Positions 61,231-64,000 of a stretch of 64,000 bases of DNA are shown here, in pieces. The notes under the pieces are model-generated. The model was not told where the DNA came from and searched no databases. It saw nothing but the letters and a program-made list of their open reading frames with translations. Made by a program: the position numbers and the translations under genes. Source of the DNA: Camelus ferus (taxonomy: Eukaryota); NCBI RefSeq assembly GCF_009834535.1, contig NC_045698.1, forward strand, positions 9,550,001 to 9,614,000, read 5' to 3'. Every line of letters starts with the position of its first letter. Position 1 is the first letter of the stretch.

Positions 61231-61829
61231 TAATTAAATGACATGAACATATTACATTTGCTTTAAAAAAAAAAAAGCTAACTCTAATCAAATATCAGGG
61301 CAGGCTATCCAGCAATAGCCAAAGAGTCCAGCGGGTTTTAGACTGTGTGGGGCCCAGGAATGCCACAGAGAATTAGAAAAGAGCAAGAGAACTGGGGTCA
61401 TGTTGATTGAATTCTGTGTCTACCATTTAACACCTGTGCAGTTCGGGGCAAGGTTTTGTTTTTTTTTTGTTTTTTTGGGTTTTTTTTAATGAATCTCTGG
61501 CCCCTCCTACTGCATGTCATGCACATATACATAGATAGCACATATAGATAATTGTATCTACCACATATGATTGTGTTGACAGTTATGTGCCTTTCAAAAT
61601 GCCTGGCCCAGACCTCAGACCTCATGTCCTGATTCTGTTCTAAGCACCAAAGACCCAGGTCTCTCTGTGTCACCTCTGAGGATGCAGTTTAGGGTCACAG
61701 GGTCACAAAGGCAGTGACACAGAGAGGCTCTTTCCCCCATTGGGCATGGAATGAGCCACGTTGGCTGGTGAGGCTCCAGGCAGTGTCTTTTCCCCAGACC
61801 CACAAGCCCTTCATCTCAAAGACTTGCCA

Positions 61830-61848
61830 CTGACAGCAGAGGGCGGCT
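61830..61848 (+). promoter_or_regulatory. candidate CTCF-binding motif
   Basis: ctgacagcagagggcggct contains the core CAGCAGAGGGCG; motif match only. Confidence 0.35.
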
Positions 61849-62559
61849 TGAGCATGAGAAGCCTTTCTTACCTCTCCCTGTTCAGTTCTGTAGAAATGCA
61901 CGTCCTGAGAGACGTGCAGCCATAAAAAGAGGATGTGCTCTTTTAAGTAATCAGCTGAGCAGAGCATGTGGAAAATAAACTCAGAAAAGAGGAGGGGGCC
62001 TTCACCATGTTTTCTGTATTTATTTCTCTCAAAATGGCTAAACGCTTTCATAGAATTGTGCAGAGTTTTGAGGTGACAAAGAGGAAACAGTGATGCTAGT
62101 ACAGAGTACGAAGTAGGATGAAAAGCAGAAGGAGTTATTTCCTTGTCTGTAAGAAGAATAACACAAGAACTGCTTTTGCTTTCGATAATGATGTTAACAT
62201 GCCGATATAAATGCATCTTGTCTTCAAGCTTGAGATCTCATGTCATGGTAATGGAGGTTTAGGTGATGTTTATAATTATACAAAATTGCATGGCTTGAGA
62301 GTGGGAAAGAGCTGAGGCAGACCTCACTGACAACACAGATGAGGAGGAAACACAGAAACACTGTGTTAGGAATCAATACAATCCCTTGTGAAATAGAGCA
62401 TCTCACACACAAGGATGCATGGACCCAACTCACTGATGGCATTAGCTACTAATGCCATGGTAAAGAATTGTGTCATTTTGTTTTGAATAAAAAAATCACT
62501 CTGTCACTCAACTTCAAAGAAGTCATTTTAAGCAAAAAGAATACCATGTGTTTGTGTTT

Positions 62560-62762
62560 TAAAAATCCATTTGAATATCGGTATATATGTAAATGTTTAG
62601 AAAACTTTCTTGTAGGATCTCCAACAAGCTGTGAATAAGATTTACCCCTGGGGATGGCAGTGGAATTGGGTGGAAATAGGCTTTTAAGTTTTATTTGTCA
62701 TGCCTCCTTATTACTCTGATGTTTAATTTGAACATATTACTTGTGTAATTTTTTAAATGTAA
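62560..62762 (+). mobile_element. ancient L1ME-like 3' fragment
   Basis: 'ttacccctggggatgg...gaacatattacttgtgtaattttttaaa'. Confidence 0.45.
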
Positions 62763-63156
62763 ACAGCAAGAAAACCAGGCTCCTAGTCTCTGAGGATGAT
62801 GAATAAGGACCTTGCATGTCCATCTGAGCTAGAGAGTTAAATGAGCCAGGAGGCCACCCAGAGGCTAGGGGACAGGAAACAGATGTGTATTAAAGTAACT
62901 CAGGCAACCCTAAAATTCACTTTTCATAGCAAGGATCTTACCAAAAGCAATTAACAGTACATGTGCCAAGTTACTTCCCTTTATAAGGAATGTGGCTGAC
63001 CTATGTGATTATGCTTTGGGTACTCAGAACTTCCTGAAGCTATTGCCCAAGGATAATGTTTGAGCAGACAAAGACGCTTCAGCTTTTTTTATATTAAATT
63101 TATACACAGATATTTATGTACACACATATGTACTTGCATATATATATATATACACA

Positions 63157-63352
63157 CAGTTGTCTGCGGGAGATTGGTTTAGGACCCACCAACGATGCCA
63201 AAATCCACTGACATTACAAGTCTCATAGTTGGCCCTCTATAGTCGTCTTCCGCATCCATGGATTCAACCAATCACAGGTCACTTAGTACCATAGTACATA
63301 TCTAGTGAAAAAGTCCACAGATAAGTGGACCCACACAGTTCAAAACCCACGC
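63157..63352 (+). mobile_element. TcMar-Tigger MITE, MER8/MER2-like
   Basis: 'cagttgtc...ggggagattggtttaggaccc...ccaaaatcc...catccatggattcaaccaa...ataagtggacccacacagttcaaa'. Confidence 0.75.
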
Positions 63353-64000
63353 ATAGACAGATAGATAGATGTCTGCATATGGAGGTATAAGGTATATTTA
63401 TACCTAAGACTTGCTCAGCCATCGACTCTATCACACATAATTTACTCCCTGTTTATCTTGTAACCCCAGCATTTAGAACAGTTCCTGGGATGTATTACAT
63501 GGTCCATAAATTTGTTTCATTGACCTGTAATCTTTACAAGTTCCATTTTAGGATTTAACAGATCCAAAGAGAAAAAAAAAATCTCTTAATGAGATAAGGA
63601 CAAAAATTTAGAAAGCTGACCCTGACATCTAAGAAAGAATCACTTTCTTTTTCAAAGGAACAAAGTCATGAGCAAGAAGGGTAAAAGCAAGCCCTGAATG
63701 TGCCATAAACATTCTTCTAATCTATCAATTTCTGGTTCAATAGAAACTAGCAAGCAGGAATACAGTTTTTGCCCCTTAAAGGTAATCCAGATTGATTCCT
63801 GAGGAAACCGAGAGACAGAAGCCATACGTGGGAACCCTCACACAGTGTGCGGCGAGTCCCAGACCAGGCGCCACGGAAGGACAGCAGCACCAGTGACCCC
63901 TCCACTGACCTGGCAGAAAGGGACTGCCCAGTAGGCATGCAGGTATGGTCAGCACTAAAGGGAATGGCTACAAAGGCGAAGTGTTCACTCATTCAGATTT

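Noticed and set aside
61695..62216. 173-aa minus-strand ORF
   Set aside because: No recognisable domain or splice context; consistent with a chance ORF.
1..64000. A novel multi-gene or prokaryote-style system (defence, CRISPR, operon)
   Set aside because: The window is repeat-rich mammalian non-coding DNA; every ORF I can assign comes from L1, L2, LTR, simple repeats or the CD24 retrocopy.

Overview
AT-rich eutherian (probably laurasiatherian, possibly camelid) genomic DNA that looks intergenic or deep-intronic. I found no intact protein-coding gene, RNA gene, CRISPR array or prokaryotic system. The one clearly gene-derived feature is a ~1.85 kb processed pseudogene of CD24 on the minus strand (29370-31204). 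It retains 5'UTR, an intronless CDS with a lost start codon and a 1-nt frameshift, 3'UTR, poly(A) and a 15-bp target-site duplication (TSD). The rest is mostly old interspersed repeats: L1, L2, MIR, many MaLR MLT1 LTRs, MLT2, an internally deleted LTR33/ERVL provirus, ERV1-like solo LTRs and MER58/MER8-like DNA transposons. Several are nested with readable TSDs. Non-repeat stretches hold a candidate 12-nt microexon, two motif-rich enhancer candidates, a CTCF-like site and a pre-miRNA-sized hairpin, all unverified. Repeat subfamily names come from recalled consensus sequences, and boundaries without TSDs are approximate. I cannot support a claim of a novel biological system here.
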